NCBI GenBank assembly: GCA_963702435.1
Contig: CAVPCR010000004.1
Location: 672,001 to 736,000, forward strand
Length of the DNA: 64,000 nucleotides
Reading direction: 5' to 3'
DNA from: Candidatus Eiseniibacteriota bacterium
GTDB taxonomy: Bacteria > Eisenbacteria > RBG-16-71-46 > CAVPCR01
Shown here: positions 10,382 through 18,543 of the stretch, piece by piece
Layout: each line of letters opens with the position of its first letter
How positions within the stretch are numbered: position 1 is the stretch's first letter
The notes under the pieces: model-generated
Told to the model about the DNA's origin: nothing
The model's database searches: none
The model's input: the letters and a program-made list of their open reading frames with translations, nothing else
Translations under genes and position numbers: made by a program

Positions 10382-11602
10382 ATGTCCCAGCATCCCGATC
10401 TCGTCATCCGCCCCCAGGTCGGCCCCGAGCGCGTCGCCCACCATCACGCCCTCGCCATCTCCCGCTATTTCCCGACCGGCGGCCATCGCGATACGACGCG
10501 CCCGATCCGCGTCGGTCGGGTGCCGATCGGCGGCGGCGCGCCCATCCCGGTTCAGACCATGACCAAGACCGACACCCAGGACGTGCCGGCGACGATCGAG
10601 CAGATTGCGAAGGTCGCGACGGCCGGCGCCGACCTCGTGCGGCTCGCGGTGCCCGACAATGCGGCGGCGGCGGCGCTCCCGGCGATCAAGGCGGCGAGCC
10701 CGATCCCGCTCATTGCCGACATCCATTTCAACTACCTCCTCGCGCTCCGCGCGCTCGAGGCCGGCGTGGACGGGCTCCGCCTCAATCCAGGGAACGTGGG
10801 CGGGTCCGAGCGGGTCGAGACCGTGGCCCGCGAGGCCAAGGCGCGCGACGTGCCGATCCGGATCGGGGTCAACGCCGGATCGCTCGAGCGCGATCTCCTC
10901 GAGCAGCACGGCGGGCCGACTCCCGAGGCCATGGTCGAGAGCGCGCTCCGCCATGTGCGCATCCTCGAGGACAGCGGCTTCTTCGACATCAAGGTGAGCC
11001 TCAAGGCGTCGAACGTTCCCATGACGGTCGCCGCCTACCGACTCATGGCTGCGAAGACCCGCTACCCGCTCCATCTCGGCATCACCGAGGCCGGCACCGC
11101 GCGCACGGGGACCATCAAGTCCGCCGTCGGGCTCGGCATCCTCCTTGCTGAGGGAATCGGCGATACGATCCGGGTCTCGCTGGCCACCGATCCCGCCGAG
11201 GAAGTCGTGGTCGGCATCCAGATCCTCCGCGACCTCGCGTTGCGCGCCCCCGGCGTCAACGTGATCGCCTGCCCGAGCTGCGGGCGCACCGAGATCGATG
11301 TCGAAAGGGTGGCGACGGAAGTCGAGAAGCGGATCGGCGCGCTTCCGTATCAGGTCAGCGTGGCGGTGATGGGGTGCGCGGTGAACGGGCCGGGAGAGGC
11401 GGCGGAGGCCGAGCTCGGCTTCGCGGCCGGCGGCCGGGGCGGCCTTCTCTACAGGGACGGCAAGGTGGTGGGACGGGTGCAGGCCGGTCCGGACGAGATC
11501 GCCGAGGTGCTGGCCCGTGAGGTCGAGGCCTGGGCCGCCGAGAAGGGCGCTCGGCCCCCGGATCCCGCCGCCGGGGCGCCCGCGGCGGCTGACCGGCCGT
11601 GA
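10382..11602 (+). CDS. ispG: 4-hydroxy-3-methylbut-2-en-1-yl diphosphate synthase
   Basis: PIPVQTMT, ADIHF, LRLNPGN, IRIGVNAGSL, HLGITEAG, CPSCGR, MGCAVNGPGE; start could also be 10376. Confidence 0.96.
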   Translation: MSQHPDLVIRPQVGPERVAHHHALAISRYFPTGGHRDTTRPIRVGRVPIGGGAPIPVQTMTKTDTQDVPATIEQIAKVATAGADLVRLAVPDNAAAAALPAIKAASPIPLIADIHFNYLLALRALEAGVDGLRLNPGNVGGSERVETVAREAKARDVPIRIGVNAGSLERDLLEQHGGPTPEAMVESALRHVRILEDSGFFDIKVSLKASNVPMTVAAYRLMAAKTRYPLHLGITEAGTARTGTIKSAVGLGILLAEGIGDTIRVSLATDPAEEVVVGIQILRDLALRAPGVNVIACPSCGRTEIDVERVATEVEKRIGALPYQVSVAVMGCAVNGPGEAAEAELGFAAGGRGGLLYRDGKVVGRVQAGPDEIAEVLAREVEAWAAEKGARPPDPAAGAPAAADRP

Positions 11603-11756
11603 GCGGAGCAGCAGGGCCGGCGTCCGGGCTCGGGTTACCCGCCGCGCGCCAGTCCGGAGGTGCGCAGTTTTTGGCCACATCGTCGCCGGCGCGCGGGGCG
11701 ATGGCCGTCCCAATCGCCACTGATCCAGGGAATTACGCCGGCGACAACCAATTTCA

Positions 11757-11786
11757 TTGACAAGCCGGCACCTTTGGAGAGACAAC
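11757..11786 (+). promoter_or_regulatory. Possible sigma70-type promoter upstream of spoVG
   Basis: Perfect TTGACA in an AT-rich patch; the -10 element is weak (GACAAC). Confidence 0.4.
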
Positions 11787-11871
11787 AGGATCTGGCGGCG
11801 AGTAATCCAACTGGCTCGCCCGCCCGCGAGTTCGCGAACAGGCTCGGCCACTGACCTGCGAGGGGACCAAG

Positions 11872-12369
11872 ATGAGCTGGCCGACATCATCGTCGGGTCA
11901 TGGACAAGACCCGCACGGTCGTCGCGGCGCGAACGAGGCAGCAACACGTCAATCCGGATATCACGCCTCGGCCGTCGACGATCCGGACCACGGTCCGATC
12001 ATGGGCAGCGATCATCCGGGCGAGCCGGGTGTGGCATTGCTCACGCACCGGCACCACTCGGGCATCGAGATCACGGACGTCCAGGTACGTCTGGTCGACA
12101 ACGAGCGACTGCGCGCTTGGGCGACGATCACGTTCAATGGCGCGTTCGTGATCAAGGGCATCCGGGTGATCCAGGGCAACCGGCGGCTGTTCGTCGCCAT
12201 GCCGTCCAAGCAGCAGAAGGACGGCAAGTACCAGGACATCGCGCATCCCATCACGCCGGACTTCCGTGATTTCCTCGAGCAGCGCATTCTCGAAGTGCAC
12301 GGCGAGATCGAGGCGGACAGCGGCGCGCACCCGGTCCGGTCCGCTCCTGCGGACGAAGCCGACTTCTGA
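11872..12369 (+). CDS. spoVG: SpoVG-family nucleic-acid-binding protein with an N-terminal extension
   Basis: IEITDVQV, LRAWATITFNGAFVIKGIRVIQG, LFVAMPS, YQDIAHPI; GAGGGG upstream of ATG 11872 (alternative start 12001). Confidence 0.9.
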   Translation: MSWPTSSSGHGQDPHGRRGANEAATRQSGYHASAVDDPDHGPIMGSDHPGEPGVALLTHRHHSGIEITDVQVRLVDNERLRAWATITFNGAFVIKGIRVIQGNRRLFVAMPSKQQKDGKYQDIAHPITPDFRDFLEQRILEVHGEIEADSGAHPVRSAPADEADF

Positions 12370-12403
12370 TCGCGCGGGGCGATCGTCACGACCGAGCAGC
12401 CCG

Positions 12404-14260
12404 TCAGGGCGTGCGGGGTTTGCCGTCGTCCCGATCCCGGTTCGGTCCCGGACCCGCGCTCTCCTCCGCGGCGGCCGGCTTCTGCGGCTCCACCATCACG
12501 GTCTTCGCGCGCAGGCACACCGCCGTTCCCGGCGGCGAGCGCCGCGGCCGTCGCACGTAGCGCTTCTCGGTGATGATCACCGGCACGAGACCCGAGTGGC
12601 GTGCCGCGCTCCAGTGGGCGGCGGCCGCCGCCGCCCTGGCGAGGACGGCGGGCGGCGGCACGCCGTGCCCGCCGGCGGTGCGTCGCAGGATGACGTGCGA
12701 ACCTGCCGCACCGTGCACGTGCAGCCAGGTATCGCGCGGATGAGCGAGCTCGTGGGTGAGCACGTCGTTGTCGGCGTCGCTCCTGCCGACCCGGATCTCC
12801 CAGCCGCCGCCAAGGGCATAGGTCCGATAGGGAAGGCGCTCGGCGGGCCCGGCCGCTTGCTTCGTGGCTCCGGTCCGCGCCTCCGGACCCGGTGCGAGGT
12901 CCGGCGGGACGAGGCCGGAGCGCGCGAGCTCGGCGACGACGGCGGGGAGCTCCTCCTCCGCGGCGGTCGTCACCCGCATCGCGGCCTCCGCAATTTTCTT
13001 TTCCATTGATGCAAGTTCTTGCGCGCGCGTGTCGAGACGATCGCGCGCCCGCTCGGCGCGGCGCGCCGCCTGGAAGATGGCATCGGCGTTGGCCGCGGGC
13101 GATCGTTGCGGATCGAGCGCGATCACGAGCGACGACCCCTCCGCGGAGGGGTCGGCAAGCTCGACGGTCGCCGCGCCGCGGGGCACCTGCGCCAGGTGGG
13201 CGAGGAGCGCGGATCCCCGCCGGCGGAGGTCCGCCGCGTCGCCGAGCGCGGCGCGATCGGCGGCGAGCGCGGCCCGTGCCCGCGCCGACTTGGCAGCGGT
13301 CTTCTTGAGGGCGCGATGCGCGGCGGTGCGCAGGTCGCGCGCGCGGGCCTCCGCCCGCCGCCGCTCGGCCCAGGAGGCGAGCGCTGCGAGCACGGCGCCG
13401 GGGTCGGGCGGCGGCTCGCCGGCCGCGGGGTACTCGGCGTGGAGCTCGGGCTCACCGCGTTCATTCGTGACGAGCGCGAGCGGGCCGGCGTATCCGACCA
13501 GACGAGCGACCGCCTCGTTCGCGCCGGCGGCACCGGCGAAGAGTCGGGAAAGATGCTCCGCCGGCACGCCGTGCATCAGCTCGACGGCCGCGGCGACCGG
13601 ATCCGTCCCGCTCGCGCCGGCCGCGGCGAGCGCGGATCCCAGGGACGGCACCGCGTCCGGCGCGCCGAGCGTGAAGGGCAGGACGTAGGGGCCGCCGCGC
13701 GCCATGCGGCGGTCGTCGGCGCGGCGGGTGCCGGGCGGGCGCATCGCGGCGACGATGGCGCCGCTTTGGGTCACGACGAGGATGGGCGACCGCGGCAGCA
13801 TCTCGAAGTAGAGCGCGAGCGGCTCGGCGGGTTGTGCCCCGGGTGGCTCGGCGGGTTGTGCCCCGGGTGGCTCGGCGGGTTGTGCCCCGGGTGGCTCGGC
13901 GGGCGGCGCCGCGAGCGGATCGGAATGGTCCCCCGGTTGTCCCCCCTGATATGCCCCGAGCGTGAAGCACAGGATGCGCTCGCCGCCGACGAGCCCCACG
14001 CGCAGGATCTCGGCGCCGGCGAGGAGATCGGGGGCCGTTGCCAGCTGCTCGGTCAAGCGGCGGTTCGGCGCGCGGCTCCGCTCGAAACGCAGGTGCGGTG
14101 CGCCCGGCTCGGCGGCCAGCACGAGCATCGAGGGTTCGCGGAGGCCGGCCATGACGAGGCCGAGCTCGCGCTCGCTCAGGAGGCCGGCGCGGCGGATGCG
14201 GCGGCCGGCGATTCGGCTGTCGAGAGCGCGGGCGACGGCCAGGAGCACGAGTGTGTTCAT
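12404..14260 (-). CDS. NFACT/RqcH (FbpA-like) ribosome quality-control family protein
   Basis: NFACT-N features (ERIL, LYFEML); IALDPQRSPAANA coiled-coil; NFACT-R motif VGRSDADNDVLT..DTWLHV.G..GSHVI; start taken at ATG 14260. Confidence 0.85.
   Translation of the reverse strand: MNTLVLLAVARALDSRIAGRRIRRAGLLSERELGLVMAGLREPSMLVLAAEPGAPHLRFERSRAPNRRLTEQLATAPDLLAGAEILRVGLVGGERILCFTLGAYQGGQPGDHSDPLAAPPAEPPGAQPAEPPGAQPAEPPGAQPAEPLALYFEMLPRSPILVVTQSGAIVAAMRPPGTRRADDRRMARGGPYVLPFTLGAPDAVPSLGSALAAAGASGTDPVAAAVELMHGVPAEHLSRLFAGAAGANEAVARLVGYAGPLALVTNERGEPELHAEYPAAGEPPPDPGAVLAALASWAERRRAEARARDLRTAAHRALKKTAAKSARARAALAADRAALGDAADLRRRGSALLAHLAQVPRGAATVELADPSAEGSSLVIALDPQRSPAANADAIFQAARRAERARDRLDTRAQELASMEKKIAEAAMRVTTAAEEELPAVVAELARSGLVPPDLAPGPEARTGATKQAAGPAERLPYRTYALGGGWEIRVGRSDADNDVLTHELAHPRDTWLHVHGAAGSHVILRRTAGGHGVPPPAVLARAAAAAAHWSAARHSGLVPVIITEKRYVRRPRRSPPGTAVCLRAKTVMVEPQKPAAAEESAGPGPNRDRDDGKPRTP
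13821..13903 (-). repeat. In-frame 24-bp tandem repeat x3.5 (PPGAQPAE) inside NFACT
   Basis: ggctcggcgggttgtgccccgggt at 13821, 13845, 13869, partial at 13893. Confidence 0.95.
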
Positions 14261-14291
14261 CGCAATCACGATCCTCCGCGGCACGCGGGCT

Positions 14292-14412
14292 CGTCAAGGG
14301 CTGCGTGCCTTGCCGCGTCAAGGGCTGCGTGCCTTGCCGCGTCAAGGGCTGCGTGCCTTGCCGCGTCAAGGGCTGCGTGCCTTGCCGCGTCAAGGGCCGC
14401 GTGCGCTTGCCG
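14292..14412. repeat. Intergenic 24-bp tandem repeat, 4 perfect + 1 degenerate copies
   Basis: cgtcaagggctgcgtgccttgccg at 14292, 14316, 14340, 14364; variant at 14388; no spacers. Confidence 0.97.
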
Positions 14413-14580
14413 CGTGGCCGCGATCGGGTTGGATCTCGCCTTTACATGCGTGCGCTCGGTGAGGCATACTCGGGCCCACCGACACTGCACAACCCCGGCC
14501 GATCCGCGGCCGCGATCTTCCAGCCTCGGCCCGCCGACTGGGCGGTGCCGCGCGCGTTGCGCTCCGCGACGGAGAACCTC

Positions 14581-15456
14581 ATGAAGAGCATGACGGGCTT
14601 CGGGCGGGCGACGGTCGAGGTGGGCGGCAGGAGCTGCACCGCCGAGATCAGGACCGTCAACCACCGCTACTGCGAGATCTCGCTGCGCCTGCCCCGGAGC
14701 ATGCAGCAGCTCGAGCCCGAGGCGCGCCGCTTGCTTCAGGAGAAGTTCCCGCGCGGCTCGATCTCGGCCACCGTCACGCTCGAGGGGCGGGAGGACGATC
14801 CGGGCACGCTGTCCCTGAACGCGGCGGTCGCCGGTCGTTACATCGAGCTCCTCCGGGAGCTCCAGAAAACGCACGGTCTCGGCGGCCACCTCGACCTGAA
14901 CACGGTCGCGCTCCTCCCCGATCTCTGGGTCTACGAGCAGCGCGAGGCGGACAAAAGCGAGGTGTGGCCGCTCCTCGAAGCCTCCCTCGTCGAAGTGGCG
15001 AAGCGCGTGGACGAGAACCGGTCTCTCGAGGGCACCCATCTCGAGCGCGAGTTCCGGCTCCGCATCGGGCACATGGCGGACGGGCTCGCCAAGATCGAGG
15101 CGCGCGCTCCGGGACGGGCCCGCGAGGTGAAGGATCGGCTGAAGGTGCGTCTCGAGCTGCTCGTCGCCGAGGGCGAGCTCGATCCGACGCGGCTGGCCCA
15201 GGAGATGGCCGTGCTCGCCGACCGCATCGACTACACGGAGGAATCGGTCCGGCTCCGCACCCACCTGGGGCAGTTCCTCGACCTGATGGCGAGTCCGGGC
15301 CCGCACGGCCGGCGGCTCAACTTCCTCATCCAGGAGATGGGGCGCGAGGCCAACACGATCGGCTCGAAGGCCAACGATCCCGAGATCTCGGTCATCGTCA
15401 TCGATCTCAAGGAAGAGATCGAGAAGCTGCGCGAGCAAGTGCAGAACGTGGAATGA
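14581..15456 (+). CDS. yicC: YicC/YloC family endoribonuclease
   Basis: MKSMTGFG, EIRTVNHRY, GRRLNFLIQEMGREANTIGSK, EKLREQVQNVE. Confidence 0.95.
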   Translation: MKSMTGFGRATVEVGGRSCTAEIRTVNHRYCEISLRLPRSMQQLEPEARRLLQEKFPRGSISATVTLEGREDDPGTLSLNAAVAGRYIELLRELQKTHGLGGHLDLNTVALLPDLWVYEQREADKSEVWPLLEASLVEVAKRVDENRSLEGTHLEREFRLRIGHMADGLAKIEARAPGRAREVKDRLKVRLELLVAEGELDPTRLAQEMAVLADRIDYTEESVRLRTHLGQFLDLMASPGPHGRRLNFLIQEMGREANTIGSKANDPEISVIVIDLKEEIEKLREQVQNVE

Positions 15457-16136
15457 CCGATCAGGCCGGCGGGCGAGTGGGTGCAGGCGATCGCGCCACG
15501 CGATCCTTCCCGATCGTGCTCTCCGGACCCTCGGGGGTCGGCAAGAGCTCGATCGTGGCCGCGCTCCTCGCGCATGACTCCGCGCTCCGGCTCTCGGTCT
15601 CGGTCACCACGCGCGCTCGCCGCGGGAGCGAGGTCGCCGGTCGCGATTACACCTACGTGACCCGCGAGGAGTTCGCCGCACTCGAGTCCGCCGGGGCGCT
15701 GGTCGAGTCGGCCGCGGTGCACGGTCAGGCGTACGGCACGCCGCGCGAGCCGCTCGAGCGCTGGCTCGCCGCACGGTGCGACGTGCTCCTCGACATCGAC
15801 TACCAGGGCGGGCTCCGGATCAAGCAGGTCTACCCGGACGCCGTGCTCATCTTCCTCCTGCCACCCTCGTGGCGGGATCTCGAGTCCCGGCTGCGCGGGC
15901 GCCGGAGCGATGCCGAGGCCGAGGTCAACCGCCGGCTCGGGAACGCGGCGAGCGAGATCGCCGCCGGCGAGCGTTATGATTACTTCGTCGTGAACGCCGC
16001 CCTCGACGGCGCGGTGGCCGAGGTCGAGGCCATCATCGCCGCCGAGCGGCGGCGGAGCGCGCGGCGCCAGGTCGGCTTCGCCGTCCTGATCGGCGCCCCG
16101 CCCCCACCCCCGGCCGCGCCGCTCGCGCCGCGCTGA
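15453..16136 (+). CDS. gmk: Guanylate kinase
   Basis: SGPSGVGKS, SVSVTTR, YGTP, LDID, IFLLPPS; ATGA overlap with the yicC stop. Confidence 0.95.
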   Translation: MTDQAGGRVGAGDRATRSFPIVLSGPSGVGKSSIVAALLAHDSALRLSVSVTTRARRGSEVAGRDYTYVTREEFAALESAGALVESAAVHGQAYGTPREPLERWLAARCDVLLDIDYQGGLRIKQVYPDAVLIFLLPPSWRDLESRLRGRRSDAEAEVNRRLGNAASEIAAGERYDYFVVNAALDGAVAEVEAIIAAERRRSARRQVGFAVLIGAPPPPPAAPLAPR

Positions 16137-16150
16137 GGCGGAGGCCAGCC

Positions 16151-17383
16151 ATGCTGTTCGGGAAGAACGTCATTCTCGGGGTGACCGGATCGATCGCCGC
16201 GTTCAAGGCGATCGACATCCTGCGACTGCTCACCCGGGAGGAGGGCGCGCACGTGACCGCCGTTCTCACCCGGAACGCCACGCACTTCGTCGGCCCGCTC
16301 TCGTTCAGCGTGCTCTCCGGCCGCCCCTGCCTCGTCGATCAGTGGGAGGCCGAGGAGATGCGGGCGAGCTTCATCCCGCCCGACACCGCGGGGCGCGTGC
16401 CGCTCGTGCACATCGATCTCGCGCAGAACGCCGACCTCGTCGTCGTGGCGCCGGCCTCGGCCAACCTGCTCGGCAAGGTTGCGCACGGGATCGCCGACGA
16501 TCTCCTCACGGTGACCATCATGGCCACCGGCGCGCCGGTCGTCTTCGCACCGGCGATGAACACGCGCATGTGGGAGAACCCGATCGTCCGGGCCAACGTG
16601 CGGCGGCTCGACGAGCTCGGCTACCACTTCGTGGGCCCCGACAGCGGGGATCTGGCCTGCGGCATCGGCCCGGGGCGGATGAGCGAGCCGGCGGCGGTGG
16701 TGGCGGCCGCGAAGGCGCTTCTCGGTCGGGGGCCGCTCGCCGGCAAGACGATCCTCGTCACTGCCGGCCGCACCGAGGAACCGATCGATCCGGTGCGCAC
16801 GCTCTCCAACCGTTCGAGCGGGCGGATGGGCTACGCGCTGGCGGTGGCGGCGCGCGATCTCGGCGCGCACGTCGTCCTCGTGACCGGCGCCGCGGAGATC
16901 GAGCCGCCGGCGGGGGTCGAGGTGATCCGGGCGCTCACGGCCGCGGCCATGCGCGACGAAGTGCTGGGCGCGCTCGCGCGCGCCGATGCGCTGATCATGG
17001 CGGCGGCGGTCGCCGACTATCGACCCGCGGCCGTGCACGCGGAGAAGATCCGCCGCGGGGCGGGGCCGCTCCATCTCGAGCTCGAGCCGACGGCCGACAT
17101 CCTGGCCGAGGCCGCCCGCGAGAAGGGCGCGCGCGTCCGGGTCGGTTTCGCGCTCGAGACGGGCGCCGGAGGGCTCGCGAGCGCCCGCGAGAAGCTCGTC
17201 AGGAAAGGACTCGATCTCGTCGTGCTCAACTGGGCCGGCGAGGCGATCGGCAGGGAGACCAACCGGGTCGTGCTCGTGGATGCCGAGGGCGAGCGCGAGC
17301 TCCCGGTGCTCGCGAAGGCCGAGGCGGCGCGCGCCATCCTGGCCGAGGTGGTGCGGCGGCTCGGTGTGCGGCCGGGTGCGTGA
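16151..17383 (+). CDS. coaBC: Phosphopantothenoylcysteine decarboxylase/ligase
   Basis: GVTGSIAAFK, APAMN..MW, LACG..GPGRM, TAGRTEEPIDPVR..SNRSSGRMG, AAAVADY, VGFALET. Confidence 0.96.
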   Translation: MLFGKNVILGVTGSIAAFKAIDILRLLTREEGAHVTAVLTRNATHFVGPLSFSVLSGRPCLVDQWEAEEMRASFIPPDTAGRVPLVHIDLAQNADLVVVAPASANLLGKVAHGIADDLLTVTIMATGAPVVFAPAMNTRMWENPIVRANVRRLDELGYHFVGPDSGDLACGIGPGRMSEPAAVVAAAKALLGRGPLAGKTILVTAGRTEEPIDPVRTLSNRSSGRMGYALAVAARDLGAHVVLVTGAAEIEPPAGVEVIRALTAAAMRDEVLGALARADALIMAAAVADYRPAAVHAEKIRRGAGPLHLELEPTADILAEAAREKGARVRVGFALETGAGGLASAREKLVRKGLDLVVLNWAGEAIGRETNRVVLVDAEGERELPVLAKAEAARAILAEVVRRLGVRPGA

Positions 17384-18271
17384 ATGGAACGCGGAGATCG
17401 AGCGGGGATGACGAGAGAAGAGATCGAGGTGATCGCCGCCGTGCGGCGGCTCGTGGCGGCGGAGATCGCCGCCGGGCGGGGCCGGGTGATCGATGCCGAG
17501 CTCAAGGTGCGCCTCGCGCCCGGACCCGAGCCGGCCCGCGCTGCGGTTTCGCCGGGCCCGCCGGCGCCGGCCCGGACATCCGCTCCGGGCAGCGCATCCG
17601 CTCCGGGCAGCGCGTCCGCTCCGGGCAACAGGGCGGCTCCGGCGCCTCCCGCCGCCGGCCCCGACCAGGCGGCGCGCGCCGCGCGCCTCGCCGCGCTCAC
17701 CGCGGAGGTCGAGGCATGCACGCGTTGCGCGCTCGCCACCACGCGGACCAAGGTCGTGGTCGGCGTCGGCCGCCTCGACCCCGGTCTGCTTCTCGTCGGG
17801 GAGGCGCCGGGAGCCGACGAGGACCGAGTGGGCGAGCCCTTCGTCGGGCGCGCCGGCCAGCTCCTGACCCGCATCCTCGCCGCCATCGGTCTCGAGCGCG
17901 GTGATGTCTACATTGCCAACGTGCTCAAGTGCCGGCCGCCCGAGAACCGCAATCCGCTGCCCGGCGAGATCGCGGCCTGCTCGCCGTACCTGGCTGAGCA
18001 GATCGCACTGGTCCGCCCGCGGGTCATCGCGGCGCTCGGGCGCTTCGCCGCGGCCACGCTCCTCCGCACGCATCAGACGACGCTCAGTGCGCTGCGCGGG
18101 CGCATCCACGACTACCAGGGCATTCCGGTCGTCGTCACCTATCATCCGTCGGCTCTCCTGCGCTATCCGATGTACAAGAAGCCGACGTGGGAGGACATGC
18201 AGGTGATCCAGCGCTTGCTCGCCGGGCAGAGCGCCGCCGAGGCGCTGGTCGCGGCGAGCCCGGACGCCTGA
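17384..18271 (+). CDS. Family-4 uracil-DNA glycosylase
   Basis: CTRC, VGEAPGADED..GEPFVGRAG, NVLKCRPP.NR, TYHPS; start may be 17408. Confidence 0.93.
   Translation: MERGDRAGMTREEIEVIAAVRRLVAAEIAAGRGRVIDAELKVRLAPGPEPARAAVSPGPPAPARTSAPGSASAPGSASAPGNRAAPAPPAAGPDQAARAARLAALTAEVEACTRCALATTRTKVVVGVGRLDPGLLLVGEAPGADEDRVGEPFVGRAGQLLTRILAAIGLERGDVYIANVLKCRPPENRNPLPGEIAACSPYLAEQIALVRPRVIAALGRFAAATLLRTHQTTLSALRGRIHDYQGIPVVVTYHPSALLRYPMYKKPTWEDMQVIQRLLAGQSAAEALVAASPDA
17579..17629 (+). repeat. In-frame 18-bp tandem repeat x3 (SAPGSA) in the UDG linker
   Basis: tccgctccgggcagcgc(a/g) units at 17579, 17597, 17615. Confidence 0.9.
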
Positions 18272-18543
18272 TCCTGCGCGCACCAATACGCTGATCCCGC
18301 GGCCGCGAGGAGCGGGGTCGTTCGATTCTCGTTCTGGTTCCAGACGGGTTCGATGGCCGATTCCCGGACCGGAATCACCGGATCTGGCGGGATGCCCTCT
18401 CGCGCGCCGCGAGCGCAGGAGGGCAGCCCGGCATATCTCGTGGTCCCCCCCCGGGACCGCCGGCCGCCGCATCACCACGAGAGGGTGCCGGCGCCCGCCC
18501 GAGCCAACGCTCGGCCGAGCCCGCCGCCCAAGGGGGAAGGACC

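Noticed and set aside
14292..14412. CRISPR array
   Set aside because: The repeat units are contiguous with no spacers, and there are no cas genes in the window.
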